A DNA stretch of 62,294 nucleotides, filler included, from Actinomycetota bacterium (GCA_013152275.1; 5 parts of 5 records of this genome joined end to end with filler, not necessarily neighbours in it); one strand, 5' to 3'. Numbered from the whole stretch's first letter, positions 10,428-21,604 are shown. The notes: generated from the sequence alone by a model not told the origin. A program made the numbers and translations.

Positions 10428-11873
10428 CTAGTACGCCTTGGAGAATACCGCCAAATGCTCACCCGGTGCCCCGCAGAAAATGCAGGGTCCGAGATCGTCG
10501 GGCTGGTCGAAGGGAATGTTGCGGATCGTCGCCTGTGTTTGCTGCTGAATCGCAGCCTCACAGTCGGGAGAGCCACACCAGGCTGCGTGAAAGAACCCAC
10601 CTTCCTGCTCGATGCCCTCCCGCATCTCTTCGAAGGTTGCCGGGTACGCGGTGTGAGCGTCTCTGAACGCCGTGGCCCTGTCGAAGAGAGCTTGCTGAAT
10701 CTCCACGAGGAGATCCCCGGCAGCCTCCGCGACACCCTCGATCGGAACGGCGAGCTTTCCTTCCCTGCCGGGCCGGTCCCGCCGGGCCAGGATCGCTTTG
10801 CCCTCGGCGAGGTCGCGCGGGCCGATCTCGATACGAAGCGGGACGCCTTTCATCTCCCAATCGTTGAACTTGAAGCCTGGTGTGACCCCGTCACGATCGT
10901 CCATCGTGGCGCGGAGACCGCGGTCGTGCAGAGCACCGGTAATCCCCCATGCAGCCTCGTAGACCGCGTCGGCATCCCCGTCGGAACGAACGATGGGGAC
11001 CACGACCACCTGGTGTGGAGCAAGCTTGGGAGGAAGGATGAGTCCCTGATCGTCGCCGTGGACCATCACGGTCATCCCGATGAGGCGGGTGCTCACGCCC
11101 CAAGAGGTCTGATACGGGTGCTGCAGCTCGTTGTTACGGTCGAGGAATCTCGTGTCGAACGCCTTGGCGAAGTTCTGACCCAGGTAGTGTGACGTCCCCG
11201 CCTGCAGGGCCCTCACATCCCCCATCATGGCTTCGATGCTGTAGGACTCGACGGCTCCGGCAAACTTCTCTGCGTCGGACTTGATCCCACGGATCACCGG
11301 AGTCGCCGCCCACTCCTCCGCAAAGCGCGCGTAGACGTCCAGCATGAGGCGAGCCTCGTCACGGGCTTCCTGCTCGGTCTCGTGTGCCGTATGGCCCTCC
11401 TGCCACAGGAACTCGGTCGTGCGAAGAAAGAGGCGGGTTCGCATCTCCCAGCGCACGACGTTCGCCCATTGGTTGATCAGCAGGGGCAGGTCCCGGTAGC
11501 TCTTGATCCACTTGGCGAACATCGCGTTGATGATCGTCTCCGAGGTCGGGCGAACGACGAGAGGGTCTTCGAGTTTCTTGCCGCCGCCGTGCGTCACGAT
11601 CGCGAGTTCGGGAGAGAACCCCTCGACGTGCTCTGCTTCCTTCTCGATGAACGAGTAGGGAATGAACAGTGGGAAGTAGGCGTTCTGATGACCCGTCTCC
11701 TTGAACATGTCGTCAAGGGCCTTCTGCATGTGCTCCCAGAGGGCATAGCCGTACGGCCGAATGACCATGCAGCCTCGGACCGGCGAATAGTCGGCCAGTT
11801 CTGCGCGCTGCACCACGTCGGTGTACCAGCGGCTGTAATCCTCGCTTCTCGGAGTAACTTTCTGCTGCGCCAC
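10428..11873 (-). CDS. proS: Proline--tRNA ligase (eukaryote/archaea-like type, no INS editing domain)
   Basis: RPTSETII, QWANVVRWEMRTRLFLRTTEFLWQEGHT, QAGTSHYLGQNF, C-terminal FSKAY. Confidence 0.97.
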   Translation of the reverse strand: MAQQKVTPRSEDYSRWYTDVVQRAELADYSPVRGCMVIRPYGYALWEHMQKALDDMFKETGHQNAYFPLFIPYSFIEKEAEHVEGFSPELAIVTHGGGKKLEDPLVVRPTSETIINAMFAKWIKSYRDLPLLINQWANVVRWEMRTRLFLRTTEFLWQEGHTAHETEQEARDEARLMLDVYARFAEEWAATPVIRGIKSDAEKFAGAVESYSIEAMMGDVRALQAGTSHYLGQNFAKAFDTRFLDRNNELQHPYQTSWGVSTRLIGMTVMVHGDDQGLILPPKLAPHQVVVVPIVRSDGDADAVYEAAWGITGALHDRGLRATMDDRDGVTPGFKFNDWEMKGVPLRIEIGPRDLAEGKAILARRDRPGREGKLAVPIEGVAEAAGDLLVEIQQALFDRATAFRDAHTAYPATFEEMREGIEQEGGFFHAAWCGSPDCEAAIQQQTQATIRNIPFDQPDDLGPCIFCGAPGEHLAVFSKAY

Positions 11874-11907
11874 GGATCCTCTGCTTTCGGGTAGCAGGTG
11901 AGAATAG

Positions 11908-13125
11908 TCAGTCGTCGGTCGGCAGCGATGCGACCTTGCCCACCGCGGCACGACGCTCTCGGGCGTGATTCACATCTCCCTGGCGTTCAAACAGGTCCTT
12001 GGCATCGGCCACGGCATCGGCCACAGCTGCCGCGTCGGCTGCCGCCAGCCTCGCTTCCGCCCCTTCCTCGACGAGCTTTCGTGCCTCTTGGAGAAGCGCC
12101 TCGACCATGTCGGCCTCGGGGACCACTCTCACGACGTTGCCTTTGATGAACAGGTGTCCTCGACCGCGTCCCGCGGCGATACCGATGTCGGCCTCTCTTG
12201 CCTCACCGGGCCCGTTGACGATGCACCCCATAACCGCAACCCGTATCGGTAGGTTCGCCGCTTCGAGTCGTTCCTGCGCCTCGCTCGCGACCTTGATCAC
12301 ATCGACTTCCGCCCTTCCGCACGAAGGGCAGGCGATCAGGTCGAGCCCCTTGCGTTCGCGCAAGCCGAGGTACTCGAGGAGTTGCCTTCCGGCCTTCGCC
12401 TCCTCCACGGGGTCCGCGGTCAGAGAGAAGCGGATCGTGTCACCGATGCCCTCCAGGAGCAACGTCGCGATTCCCGCCACGGTCTTGATGATGCCGGCCG
12501 GCGGAGGCCCGGCCTCGGTCACCCCGAGATGCAAGGGATAGTCGACCTGCTCGGAGAGCAGCCGGTAGGCGCGCACCATGGACGGAACGTTCGAATGCTT
12601 CACCGAGATCTTGATGTCACCGAATCCCACATCCTCGAGATAGGCGATCTCCTTGATCGCCGACGCCACCAGCGCTTCCGGCACCGGCCCCCCGAACCGC
12701 TCGAGAAGGTCCTTGTCGAGGGAGCCGGCATTGACGCCGACACGAATCGGGACCTCTCGCTCCTTCGCTTCACGAGCCACCGTCTTGATGTGCTCCTCAT
12801 CTCGAATGTTCCCCGGGTTGAGACGCAAACCGTCGACGCCGGCCTCGAGCGCCGCGAGGGCGAGGCGGTACTGGAAGTGGATGTCGGCGATGATGGGCAC
12901 CGGAGAGCGTGGCACGATCTCGGCGAGACCCTGTGCCGCCGAGACCGTGTCGCAGGTGATGCGGACGATGTCGGCGCCGGCTCCCGCAAGCGCGTATACC
13001 TGAGCGAGCGTGCCGCCGACGTCCACCGTCTTGGTCGTCGTCATCGACTGGACGCTCACCGGAGCGCCTCCGCCGACCGGGACCCGGCCGACGTGAATCA
13101 TGCGGGTCGGTCTGCGCTCCATCAT
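11908..13125 (-). CDS. ispG: HMBPP synthase IspG
   Basis: VSVQSMTTT, ADIHF, RLNPGNI, HLGVTEAG, CPSCGR, VMGCIVNGPGE. Confidence 0.98.
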   Translation of the reverse strand: MMERRPTRMIHVGRVPVGGGAPVSVQSMTTTKTVDVGGTLAQVYALAGAGADIVRITCDTVSAAQGLAEIVPRSPVPIIADIHFQYRLALAALEAGVDGLRLNPGNIRDEEHIKTVAREAKEREVPIRVGVNAGSLDKDLLERFGGPVPEALVASAIKEIAYLEDVGFGDIKISVKHSNVPSMVRAYRLLSEQVDYPLHLGVTEAGPPPAGIIKTVAGIATLLLEGIGDTIRFSLTADPVEEAKAGRQLLEYLGLRERKGLDLIACPSCGRAEVDVIKVASEAQERLEAANLPIRVAVMGCIVNGPGEAREADIGIAAGRGRGHLFIKGNVVRVVPEADMVEALLQEARKLVEEGAEARLAAADAAAVADAVADAKDLFERQGDVNHARERRAAVGKVASLPTDD

Positions 13126-14234
13126 CCGAGACTGATCGGGTTGACGATGTCGAGCAGCAGCGCCACGGAGAAGAGGAAGATCACGAGCATCATCACCGCG
13201 GCCGCCACGGGCATCAGCTTGCGCATGTCCGCCTTGCGGCCACTGACCCGTTCGTACAGCGCCACCGCGAAGTGCCCACCGTCGAGCGGATACAGCGGCA
13301 ACCCGTTGAAGACGCCCAGCACGATGTTGATCAGCCCGATCAGTGCGAGCAGGGCCTGGAAATCCAACCCCTCGCCAAGGTGGACGATGCCGATCGGACT
13401 GACGGGCCGTATGTTGTTCGGCACGTCGGTATTGCCGACGAACGCGCCGGCCAGCCGAGCGAGGGACGACGGACGAACGAGGTTCCCCAGGGAGGTGACC
13501 GTCTCGACGGTCGTGGTCCCCACGGCTCGTCCGGCAAGGCCGGCGGCGCGGAACAGTCCCACGGATTCGCTCTCGTACTCCGGGCTGACACCAAGGTAGC
13601 CGACCGTTTCCCCCTGTTTGTTCACCGTCGATGCGAGCGTCGCTTGGAGTTCGACGGTCGTGCCGTCCCGGAGCACCGTCAGAGAAACCTCCTCGTTGGG
13701 ACGATCGGCGATGAGCTCTGCGAGCCGATCCCAGTCGGTCACCTGTACCCCATCCACCGACAGGATGCGATCACCGGCCTGAAGGCCGGCGGTCGCGGCA
13801 GGGCTGGCACTGCCGTCGTCGAGCGTCGGTTGAATCGCCGCCATCGTCGTCAGCGGGTGGTCGGGGTTCTCGATGCCGTAGCCGATGAGGATGCCGAAGA
13901 AGATCAGGTAGGCAAGGAGGAAGTGCAGGAACACCCCTGCCAGCACGACGACGGACTTCTCCCAGAACTTCTTGTCACGATAGGTGCGACCGATGTCTTC
14001 GGGCGCTACCTCCTCGAGGGGATCCATGCCTGCGATCTTGTTGTACCCACCCAGGGGGATCGCCTTGATCCCGAATTCGGTCTCGCCGCGTGTCGTCGAC
14101 CAGATCTTGGGCCCGAACCCGAGGAAGAACTCCGTGACCTTCATCCCGGTGGCCCGCGCGGCAACGAAATGGCCGGTCTCGTGAATCATGATCGAGACGA
14201 CCACCGCAATAAGCATGATCACTCCGCCGCTCAT
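13122..14234 (-). CDS. M50 site-2 protease with PDZ domain (RseP/Rip1-like)
   Basis: HETGH, FFLGFGP, PDZ SPAATAGLQAGD, NGLPLYPLDGGH; between dxr and ispG. Confidence 0.93.
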   Translation of the reverse strand: MSGGVIMLIAVVVSIMIHETGHFVAARATGMKVTEFFLGFGPKIWSTTRGETEFGIKAIPLGGYNKIAGMDPLEEVAPEDIGRTYRDKKFWEKSVVVLAGVFLHFLLAYLIFFGILIGYGIENPDHPLTTMAAIQPTLDDGSASPAATAGLQAGDRILSVDGVQVTDWDRLAELIADRPNEEVSLTVLRDGTTVELQATLASTVNKQGETVGYLGVSPEYESESVGLFRAAGLAGRAVGTTTVETVTSLGNLVRPSSLARLAGAFVGNTDVPNNIRPVSPIGIVHLGEGLDFQALLALIGLINIVLGVFNGLPLYPLDGGHFAVALYERVSGRKADMRKLMPVAAAVMMLVIFLFSVALLLDIVNPISLG

Positions 14235-14274
14235 ATTGCCCTCAACGGTACCGGGAACGCGCGTCTACCGGCCA

Positions 14275-15414
14275 TCAACACACACTGCCGATCAACGATC
14301 TCGCCAGCCCACGCGCCTCGGCGTCGACTGCCAGCACATCGTCGACGGTGGAGACATCGACCACCGGTATCCGCTCGATGGTTTGCTCGAGAACGGAGGC
14401 GATGCCGAGCAATCCCAGGCGGCCGTCCAGAAACGCCCTGACGGCAATCTCGTCGGCCGCGTTGACGGCCGCCGGCGCCGAGCCTCCCCGTCTCCCCGCC
14501 TCCAGGACGACGCCGAGCGCAGGGAACGATTCTCTGTCGGGCTCGAAGAACGTAAGGGTCTTGCCGGCCAGGTCGAACCGTCCACCCCCCATCTCCCTGT
14601 TCGGATAGGTGATGGCGTACTGGATCGGTATCCGCATGTCCGGTTCACCGATCTGGGCCTTGACCGACCCGTCCTTGAACTCGACGAGCGAGTGCACGAT
14701 GCTCTGCGGATGCACGACCACGTCGATACGTGCGTACTCCACCCCGAAGAGGTGGTGCGCCTCGATCACTTCGAATCCCTTGTTCGCCAACGTGGCGGAG
14801 TCGATGGTGATTCGCGGCCCCATCGACCACGTCGGATGTGCCAGCGCTCCAGCAGGTGTGACGTCGGCGATCTCGTCCCTGGTCTTACCGCGCAATGGGC
14901 CCCCGGACGCGGTGAGGATCAGGCGTCGCACGTCGCGAGGCCGTTCACCTACCAGACACTGGAACAGCGCAGAGTGTTCGGAGTCGACGGGAATCAACAC
15001 TCCTCCCCCACGCCTCAGTGCATCGAGCACGACCGGACCACCTATCACCAGGCTCTCCTTGTTGGCAAGAGCAAGACGGTTGCCGGCTTCCAGAGCGGCA
15101 ACCGATGCCCCGAGACCGGCAGAGCCGACGACGCCGTTGACGACGACCGTCCCCGGAATGGATGCCAGTTCGATGAGCGCCTCGGGGCCGTACCTGACCC
15201 TCGAGCCGAAGGATCCGAATCGCTCCCGCTCGTCGCCGGCAGGAGCGACAACGCCGATGAGCGCCTCCGGATATGTCTTTGCGAGATCTGCGAGAGCGTC
15301 CGAACCCCTGCGCGCCGCAACCGCCTTTACCTCGCGTCCGAGACGATGTGCGACCTCGATCACCTGGCGACCGATCGATCCGGTCGCGCCGAGCACGATG
15401 AGCGGCCGCGTCAC
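14275..15414 (-). CDS. dxr: 1-deoxy-D-xylulose-5-phosphate reductoisomerase
   Basis: LGATGSIG, LANKESL, PVDSEHSA, HPTWSMG, NKGFEVIEA. Confidence 0.98.
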   Translation of the reverse strand: MTRPLIVLGATGSIGRQVIEVAHRLGREVKAVAARRGSDALADLAKTYPEALIGVVAPAGDERERFGSFGSRVRYGPEALIELASIPGTVVVNGVVGSAGLGASVAALEAGNRLALANKESLVIGGPVVLDALRRGGGVLIPVDSEHSALFQCLVGERPRDVRRLILTASGGPLRGKTRDEIADVTPAGALAHPTWSMGPRITIDSATLANKGFEVIEAHHLFGVEYARIDVVVHPQSIVHSLVEFKDGSVKAQIGEPDMRIPIQYAITYPNREMGGGRFDLAGKTLTFFEPDRESFPALGVVLEAGRRGGSAPAAVNAADEIAVRAFLDGRLGLLGIASVLEQTIERIPVVDVSTVDDVLAVDAEARGLARSLIGSVC

Positions 15415-16562
15415 GACAAGTAGCCGAGCCAGAGGAAGAGGACGTAGCCGACCGGAATCGTGAACAAGTAGCTGTCCAGGCGATCGATGATGCCGCCATG
15501 ACCGGGAAGCAGCGCACCCATGTCCTTGACCCCCAGCGCCCGCTTGACGAGCGACTCTGCGAGATCCCCCAACGGGGCGAAGAGAGAAATGATGGCCGCC
15601 GTCCATAGCGCGCCTCCGAGACCGAACCCGAACCACGAGATGAGCGAAAGTCCGAACGCGGCGACGAATGCAACGATCACGCCTCCCACGAGTCCTTCCA
15701 GGGTCTTGCTCGGCGACAGGTTCGGAGCAAGGAGGATGCGCCCGAAGGAACGCCCGACGAAATAGGAACCGGCGTCGAACAGGGCCGTGAGCACGACGAT
15801 GGCGATGATCAGCTGTCGCGATTGAGGCGATCGGATGATCGGCATCGCGAACGACAGGAGGCCCGCCACCCAAATCACACCGAAGATGGTGAACGAGGCG
15901 TTCTCCAAAGGGTTCCGACGCGGGACGAGTGCGTACCAGAAGAGGATCACGACGATCGTGCCTCCAAGCGCCGTTGCCATGGCGGCGAGAGGACGATCGG
16001 AGAACCAGGACGCCGAGAGAACGGCGATCGCCCCCAAGAATCCGAAGAGCGCGAGGGGAACGTGCCCTGCCCCCCGAAGGGTGCTGTAGAACTCGCCGAG
16101 AGCGACAAGGGCGAGCACGGCCACGAGGAGTGCGAACCAGCCGCCTCCGAGCGCCAGCAGGGCGAGGATGACGGCGAGTAACACAACGCCTGTGGCGGCT
16201 CGCACCAGCGTATCGGAGGGACCGGGACCGGCCCCTGCGTCGGCCGCCGGTTGCTCGCCCGTCACGTCGTCGAAACCGACGAGCCCGGGTTCCAATCCTG
16301 GCATCGAGGCCGCAACGGCCTGCATCTCGACGTCTTCTTGTGAGGCCTTCGCTATCGCCTCGGCGAGGTCCCGATACTCCTCGGTCGTCGCACTCAGATA
16401 GTCGTCGCTCGTGAAATCGTCGAGCATGGAAGCGCCCGTCAAGAAGTCCTCGAAGTCCTCTACGTCTCGACCGTTGCCGGGGAGGTCCCGTTCCGGATCA
16501 TCGGAAGGCTGCCCGGGAAACGCGACGACCTCGCCTCCGCTTTCGTCCTGGTGCTCGCTCAT
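15411..16562 (-). CDS. cdsA: Phosphatidate cytidylyltransferase with an acidic N-terminal extension
   Basis: LSPSKTLEG, GDLAESLVKRALGVKDMGALLPGHGGIIDRLDS. Confidence 0.95.
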   Translation of the reverse strand: MSEHQDESGGEVVAFPGQPSDDPERDLPGNGRDVEDFEDFLTGASMLDDFTSDDYLSATTEEYRDLAEAIAKASQEDVEMQAVAASMPGLEPGLVGFDDVTGEQPAADAGAGPGPSDTLVRAATGVVLLAVILALLALGGGWFALLVAVLALVALGEFYSTLRGAGHVPLALFGFLGAIAVLSASWFSDRPLAAMATALGGTIVVILFWYALVPRRNPLENASFTIFGVIWVAGLLSFAMPIIRSPQSRQLIIAIVVLTALFDAGSYFVGRSFGRILLAPNLSPSKTLEGLVGGVIVAFVAAFGLSLISWFGFGLGGALWTAAIISLFAPLGDLAESLVKRALGVKDMGALLPGHGGIIDRLDSYLFTIPVGYVLFLWLGYLS

Positions 16563-17110
16563 ACTTCGAGGAGCTCCTGTTCCTTGTTGGCGAGCAGCTC
16601 ATCAACCCTGCTCACCATCGTGTCCGTGAGTTCCTGCAGCTCCTTCTCCGCTCGACGGATGTCGTCGTCGGAGATCTCTCCATGGAGCTCGTTCAGCTCG
16701 TTCATCGTGTGGCGCCGGACATTACGCACCGCCACGCGGCCGTCTTCGGCCATGTGGCGAACGACCTTGGTGAGCTCGATACGGCGCTCCTCCGTCAGTG
16801 TCGGAAAGACGAGTCGGAGAACGTGACCGTCGCTGGCAGGGTTCATTCCCAGACTGGAGGTTCGGATCGCCTTCTCGATGGCTCCGATCGACGTCTTGTC
16901 GTACGGCTGAACGATCAACAAACGAGGCTCGGGTACCGAGAACGATGCGAGTTGCTGCAACGGCGTCGGTGTGCCGTAGTAATCGACCATGACCCTGCTG
17001 AGGATTCCGGCGTTGGCTCTACCGGTCCTCACCGTGGCGAACTCGGCCTGTACATGCTCGATCGCCTGGCCCATCTTCCGTTCGGCTTCGCCGAGCGTTT
17101 CCCGAATCAT
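16559..17110 (-). CDS. frr: Ribosome recycling factor
   Basis: VRTGRAN, VDYYGTPTPL, LTEERR, VAVRNVRR. Confidence 0.98.
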   Translation of the reverse strand: MIRETLGEAERKMGQAIEHVQAEFATVRTGRANAGILSRVMVDYYGTPTPLQQLASFSVPEPRLLIVQPYDKTSIGAIEKAIRTSSLGMNPASDGHVLRLVFPTLTEERRIELTKVVRHMAEDGRVAVRNVRRHTMNELNELHGEISDDDIRRAEKELQELTDTMVSRVDELLANKEQELLEV

Positions 17111-17118
17111 GACGCCTC

Positions 17119-17856
17119 CTAATGAACCAGCGTCCCGATCCTCTCTCCTCGTACCGCCTTGACGATGTTCTCGGGTTTCGTGATGTTGAACACCACGATC
17201 GGGAGCTTGTGGTCTTTGCACATAGTAGCCGCCGTGGAGTCCATCACCCGGAGCCCCTTGGATATCAACTCCAGGTATCCGACCTCCGAGAGCAGGAGCG
17301 CCTCGGGATTCTCCGAGGGATCGTCGTCGTAGACACCGTCCACCAACGTCGCCTTCAGCATCACCTCCGCACCGATCTCCACAGCTCGCAGCGCGGCCGC
17401 GGTGTCGGTCGTGAAGAACGGATTCCCGGTGCCGGCCGCAAAAATGACGACGCGACCTTTCTCGAGATGCCGAATGGCGCGCAGCCGGATGTACGGTTCG
17501 GCCAGCGACTGCATCGCGATCGCCGTCTGCACCCTGGTGGGAATCCCTGCGTTCTCGATCGCGCTTCGCAGCGCGAGAGCGTTGATGACCGTTGCCAGCA
17601 TGCCCATCGAGTCGGCCGTCACCGACTCGATGCCGGCCTTGCTCGCCGACACTCCCCGGAAGATGTTGCCTCCACCGACGACCACGCCGAGCTCGACCCC
17701 CGACGAAACCGCTTCGACGATCTCGGCGGCAATCCGCTGCACGCTCACCGGATCGATTCCGTAGCCGACGGCGGGGTCGGCGAAGGATTCTCCCGACAGT
17801 TTCAACAGGACGCGGCGTGGCGCCTCTCGATGCTCCGCACCCTCACCGGAAGCCAT
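17119..17856 (-). CDS. pyrH: UMP kinase
   Basis: [31 protein letters not shown]. Confidence 0.98.
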   Translation of the reverse strand: MASGEGAEHREAPRRVLLKLSGESFADPAVGYGIDPVSVQRIAAEIVEAVSSGVELGVVVGGGNIFRGVSASKAGIESVTADSMGMLATVINALALRSAIENAGIPTRVQTAIAMQSLAEPYIRLRAIRHLEKGRVVIFAAGTGNPFFTTDTAAALRAVEIGAEVMLKATLVDGVYDDDPSENPEALLLSEVGYLELISKGLRVMDSTAATMCKDHKLPIVVFNITKPENIVKAVRGERIGTLVH

Positions 17857-18473
17857 CAGGCCTCCTCGCCGACGGCCAGTCTTGCGAACCGGCGCACACG
17901 GATGTTCTCTCCCATCGTCGCCGCCATGCCGGCGATCATCTCGCCCACGGTGCCGTCGAAGCTCTCGGTCTTCACGAACGGCTGCTCCTCGAGGACGAAC
18001 TCCTTGTAGAACGAACCGATCTTTCCTTCCACGATCCTGGGAATGATGTTCTCCGGCTTGCCCTCGTTCCTCGCCTGGCGGCTGATCATCTCGCGCTCGT
18101 GTTCGAGTGCGTCCGCCGGCACGTCTTCACGCCTGACCCAGCGTGGCTGGGCGGCGGCGATATGCATCGCGACCTCGTTCGCCATCTGCCGGAACTCCTC
18201 GCTCTTGGCAACGAAATCCGTCTCCGATGCCAGCTCGACCAGGACCCCGATGACCGGTCGGCCAAGCTGATGGTGGAGGTAGACGCCGATGACGCCTTCG
18301 TTGGCCTCCCTGCCGGCCCGTTTCTTCGCGTCCGACAGCCCCTTCTCACGCAGGTACTCCTTGGCTTTGTCGAAGTCCCCTGCGGTCGCGACGAGCGCCT
18401 TCTTGGCGTCCATCATTCCCACGCCGGTCGCCCGACGCAGTTTCTGCACGTCTTTCGCTGTGATGTCGGGCAT
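17856..18473 (-). CDS. tsf: Elongation factor Ts (short ~205-aa form)
   Basis: [42 protein letters not shown]. Confidence 0.97.
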   Translation of the reverse strand: MPDITAKDVQKLRRATGVGMMDAKKALVATAGDFDKAKEYLREKGLSDAKKRAGREANEGVIGVYLHHQLGRPVIGVLVELASETDFVAKSEEFRQMANEVAMHIAAAQPRWVRREDVPADALEHEREMISRQARNEGKPENIIPRIVEGKIGSFYKEFVLEEQPFVKTESFDGTVGEMIAGMAATMGENIRVRRFARLAVGEEA

Positions 18474-19192
18474 CACTTCGCCTCTTCGCCGCTCGAGGGG
18501 CCTTTGAGCGCAATGTCTCTGCCTTCGATGCACGCGGCAGCGACGAAACCGGCCATCAGCTGCGCGGAGCGGATGGCATCGTCGTTGCCCGGGATGACGA
18601 AGTCGACGAGGTCCGGATCACAATTCGTGTCGACGAGTGCGATGACGGGGATGCCGAGGCGAGCCGCCTCCTTGAGTGCAATCTGCTCCGCGTTCAGGTC
18701 GACGATGAACAGTGCCTGGGGCAGATGGTTCAGGTCACGGACGCCTCCAAGTACCCGCTGAAGCTTCCAGAGTTCGCGCCGCAGGTGCAGTCGTTCCTTC
18801 TTCGGAAGCGCCTCCATCTCCCCCGACTCGTCCATCCGTTCGAGCTCTCTCATGTAGAAGATTCGCTTCTGGATGGTGGCGAAATTGGTCAACATGCCGC
18901 CGAGCCATCGGAAGTTGACATACGGCATCTGCGATCGGGTGGCAGCCTCCTCGATAGGACCTTGCGCCTGCTTCTTCGTCCCGACGAACAGCACCAGCCC
19001 GCCGTCGGCGACGGCGTCCCTCACGAAGTCGTAGGTGCGATTGATCTGGGCGAGCGTCTGGCGCAGATCGATGATGTGGATGCCATTGCGAGCGCCGTAG
19101 ATGTACGGCTCCATCTTGGGATTCCAGCGCCTGGTCTGGTGCCCGAAGTGGACGCCGGCCTCCAGCAACTGTTTCATGGTGACGTTGGACAC
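18473..19192 (-). CDS. rpsB: 30S ribosomal protein S2
   Basis: [39 protein letters not shown]. Confidence 0.99.
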   Translation of the reverse strand: MSNVTMKQLLEAGVHFGHQTRRWNPKMEPYIYGARNGIHIIDLRQTLAQINRTYDFVRDAVADGGLVLFVGTKKQAQGPIEEAATRSQMPYVNFRWLGGMLTNFATIQKRIFYMRELERMDESGEMEALPKKERLHLRRELWKLQRVLGGVRDLNHLPQALFIVDLNAEQIALKEAARLGIPVIALVDTNCDPDLVDFVIPGNDDAIRSAQLMAGFVAAACIEGRDIALKGPSSGEEAK

Positions 19193-19204
19193 AGATGTCC
19201 TCCT

Positions 19205-19312
19205 CTTTCGGTTGCTCCTCCGCCCGTCTCGATCCTCGGACCGCTTCCCACGGAACCAGGTTCCGACCGCCGGGAAGTCACGACAGGCGTGCGTGATCGC
19301 GCAACTGTACCA
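19205..19312 (-). promoter_or_regulatory. rpsB promoter (extended -10 TGGTACAGT) and structured S2 leader (t44-like)
   Basis: TACAGT at 19304-19309, then CACGCACGCC...GGGCGGAGGAGCAACC resembling the conserved rpsB leader. Confidence 0.55.
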
Positions 19313-19331
19313 CCCTGAAGAGGCGTAGCCT

Positions 19332-20150
19332 TCAGATGCCCCGGAAGGCAGGCTCGGTCAAGCGATGCCGCAGACTCATCACGGACTTCGTGTGGATCTG
19401 ACAGACGCGTGACTCGGTCACACCCAGGACCTCACCAATCTCCGCCAACGTGAGACCCTCGTAGTAGTAGAGGGTCAGGACGAGACGATCTCGTTCGGCC
19501 AGCCGATTGATGGCGTCCGCGAGCACACGCTTGACCTCTTCCTCCTGGTAGGCGGCTTCCGGATCGACACCCTTCGGGTCGGGGAGCAGCTCTCCCACCT
19601 TGGTGTTGTCACGCCCTGGGGCGAGCAGCTCGTCGAGTGCGACGACTCCTGCCGAGGAGACCTCCGCCATCGTGTCGAGCAGATCCGAGAGAGGTACGCC
19701 CAGGTGCTCGGCGAGCTCCTCCTCGGTCGGGGAACGCTGGAATCGATGCTCCAACTCGGCGTGGGAGCGCTCCAGCTCGCGAGCGCGTGCCCGCAACGAG
19801 CGTGGGGCCCAGTCGAGGGCACGAAGCTCGTCGAGGATTGCCCCCCTGATCCGGTTGATCGCATAGGTCTCGAACTTGACGCCCCTGTCGGTGTCGTACT
19901 TGTCGAGTGCATCCATGAGGCCGAAGATCCCGTCGGAGATGAGGTCGGACCGGTCCACGTTCGAAGGCAGCCCGGCACCGATACGACCGGCGACGAACTT
20001 CACGAGCGGAGAGAAATGCAGGATGAGGCCTTCCCGGGCTTTTGGATCACCTGTGGTCTTGAAACGCTTCCACAGCTCGTCCAGATGATCGTCTGGTGCC
20101 CGCTCAGGCCCGTGGGTGACTTCGCTTGTAGGTCGCCTTGAGATGCTCAC
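19332..20150 (-). CDS. whiG: FliA/WhiG family sigma factor; start uncertain
   Basis: [63 protein letters not shown]. Nearest in-frame GTG (20150) lies inside xerC. Confidence 0.9.
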   Translation of the reverse strand: MSISRRPTSEVTHGPERAPDDHLDELWKRFKTTGDPKAREGLILHFSPLVKFVAGRIGAGLPSNVDRSDLISDGIFGLMDALDKYDTDRGVKFETYAINRIRGAILDELRALDWAPRSLRARARELERSHAELEHRFQRSPTEEELAEHLGVPLSDLLDTMAEVSSAGVVALDELLAPGRDNTKVGELLPDPKGVDPEAAYQEEEVKRVLADAINRLAERDRLVLTLYYYEGLTLAEIGEVLGVTESRVCQIHTKSVMSLRHRLTEPAFRGI

Positions 20151-20997
20151 GGGTGATGGCAGTGTAAATCTGGGTGCTCCCCAGTTCAACGTGACCGAGT
20201 AATTCCTGGACAACGCGCAGATCCGCTCCCCCTTCGAGCAGATGCGTTGCGAAGGAATGACGAAATGCGTGGGGGAATGTCGCTGCCCGCCGGCGGACGA
20301 TTCTTCGGATCCCGCGGACACCGAGAGCCCCGCCTTGCACGCCGACCCAGAGCGCCCCGCCGGCATCCTGGGAGGCGAGTTCGGGGCGCCCTGCAGCGAG
20401 GTACCGACCGAGCGCCTCTCTGGCAGGAACGCCCAGCGGAACAGCCCTTTCCCTGGCACCCTTGCCCATGACCCGGACGAACTCCGCGTCTCGAACGGTG
20501 TCGACCTGCAGACTCGCCAACTCCGAGACTCGCAGCCCCGTTGCGTAGAGCACTTCGAGGAGTGCACGATCTCTGAGCGATACCGGATCGAGACCGTCCA
20601 GACCATCCAGAATCGCTCGCACGGTCCTGCCGGTCAGGGCATGCGGGAGCGTTCTCGGTCGGCGCGGCGTGCCGAGCCGATCGCAGGGATTCACCTCCAC
20701 GGCTCCGTGCCGGGCCTGATCGGAGAAGAAACTCCGCACGGCGGAAGCCTTGCGCGCCACCGAACGCCTGGCGTATCCCCTGGTGTCCAGATAGGCGAGG
20801 AACCGACGAACCATCGACCGGTCGATCTTGGCGATGTCGGCGGCTCCGGCCCGATCGCAGAACGCCATGAACTGACTGAGGTCTCGGCGGTAGGCGGCAA
20901 GGGTGTGCACCGACAGGTTGCGCTGCGATGCCAGCCGCATCAAATAGTCATCGACGGGAGCACGGGCCCAATCGGGCAACTCAGGGATGGCAGCCAT
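20104..20997 (-). CDS. xerC: Tyrosine recombinase XerC
   Basis: [50 protein letters not shown]; near dprA. Confidence 0.9.
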   Translation of the reverse strand: MAAIPELPDWARAPVDDYLMRLASQRNLSVHTLAAYRRDLSQFMAFCDRAGAADIAKIDRSMVRRFLAYLDTRGYARRSVARKASAVRSFFSDQARHGAVEVNPCDRLGTPRRPRTLPHALTGRTVRAILDGLDGLDPVSLRDRALLEVLYATGLRVSELASLQVDTVRDAEFVRVMGKGARERAVPLGVPAREALGRYLAAGRPELASQDAGGALWVGVQGGALGVRGIRRIVRRRAATFPHAFRHSFATHLLEGGADLRVVQELLGHVELGSTQIYTAITREHLKATYKRSHPRA

Positions 20998-21075
20998 GAG
21001 CCCATGGTTGTCGCAGATGCAGGGCCGGTCAACGATCTGCAGCCTCGGCGACCCGGCGCCGTTGCGCGAACGCGC

Positions 21076-21101
21076 CGGGGGCGCCCGTATGGGCGCCCCC
21101 G
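21076..21101 (-). terminator. GC-rich hairpin after hsp20
   Basis: CGGGGGCGCCC-GTAT-GGGCGCCCCCG perfect 11-bp stem. Confidence 0.6.
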
Positions 21102-21118
21102 ATCTTGCGAGAGGAGCC

Positions 21119-21604
21119 TCACGCGGCTTTGGTCGCTCGACCCAACTTCTTGGGCTTGCCGACCTTGACCTCCAGTTTCTTCGGCTTCCTGCTGAGACTC
21201 TCCGGAAGCGGCATGCGGATCGTCAGCACACCGCCTTCATAGTGGGCATCCAGCTCATCGGCATCGATACCCTCCGGGATCATCAGATCTCGCTGGAAGC
21301 TGCCGAAGGTCCGCTCCCGCACGTAGAGATCGCCCTCTTCGACATCCCGTTCGTAGGAACGGGAGCCACGAAGGTGAAGGACGTTGCCCTCGACGGTGAT
21401 ATCGAGGTCCTTCTCAGGGTCGATGCCAGGAAGCTCCGCCTCCACAACCAGGTCGCTGCGGTCACGGTAGATATCGACCCGCGGACGCCACACCCACGTG
21501 GTCTCCGACTCCGTGGGACGCAAGACGTCGAAGAAGCGGTTCATCATGTCCTGCAGATCACGTTCGATCGACGTTGTGAACGGTGACCACTTGGTTGCCA
21601 ACAT
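21119..21604 (-). CDS. Hsp20/alpha-crystallin small heat shock protein
   Basis: [37 protein letters not shown]. Confidence 0.95.
   Translation of the reverse strand: MLATKWSPFTTSIERDLQDMMNRFFDVLRPTESETTWVWRPRVDIYRDRSDLVVEAELPGIDPEKDLDITVEGNVLHLRGSRSYERDVEEGDLYVRERTFGSFQRDLMIPEGIDADELDAHYEGGVLTIRMPLPESLSRKPKKLEVKVGKPKKLGRATKAA

Noticed and set aside
20104..20997. Tyrosine recombinase as a prophage or island integrase
   Set aside because: XerC-type sequence in its usual chromosomal context near dprA and rpsB.
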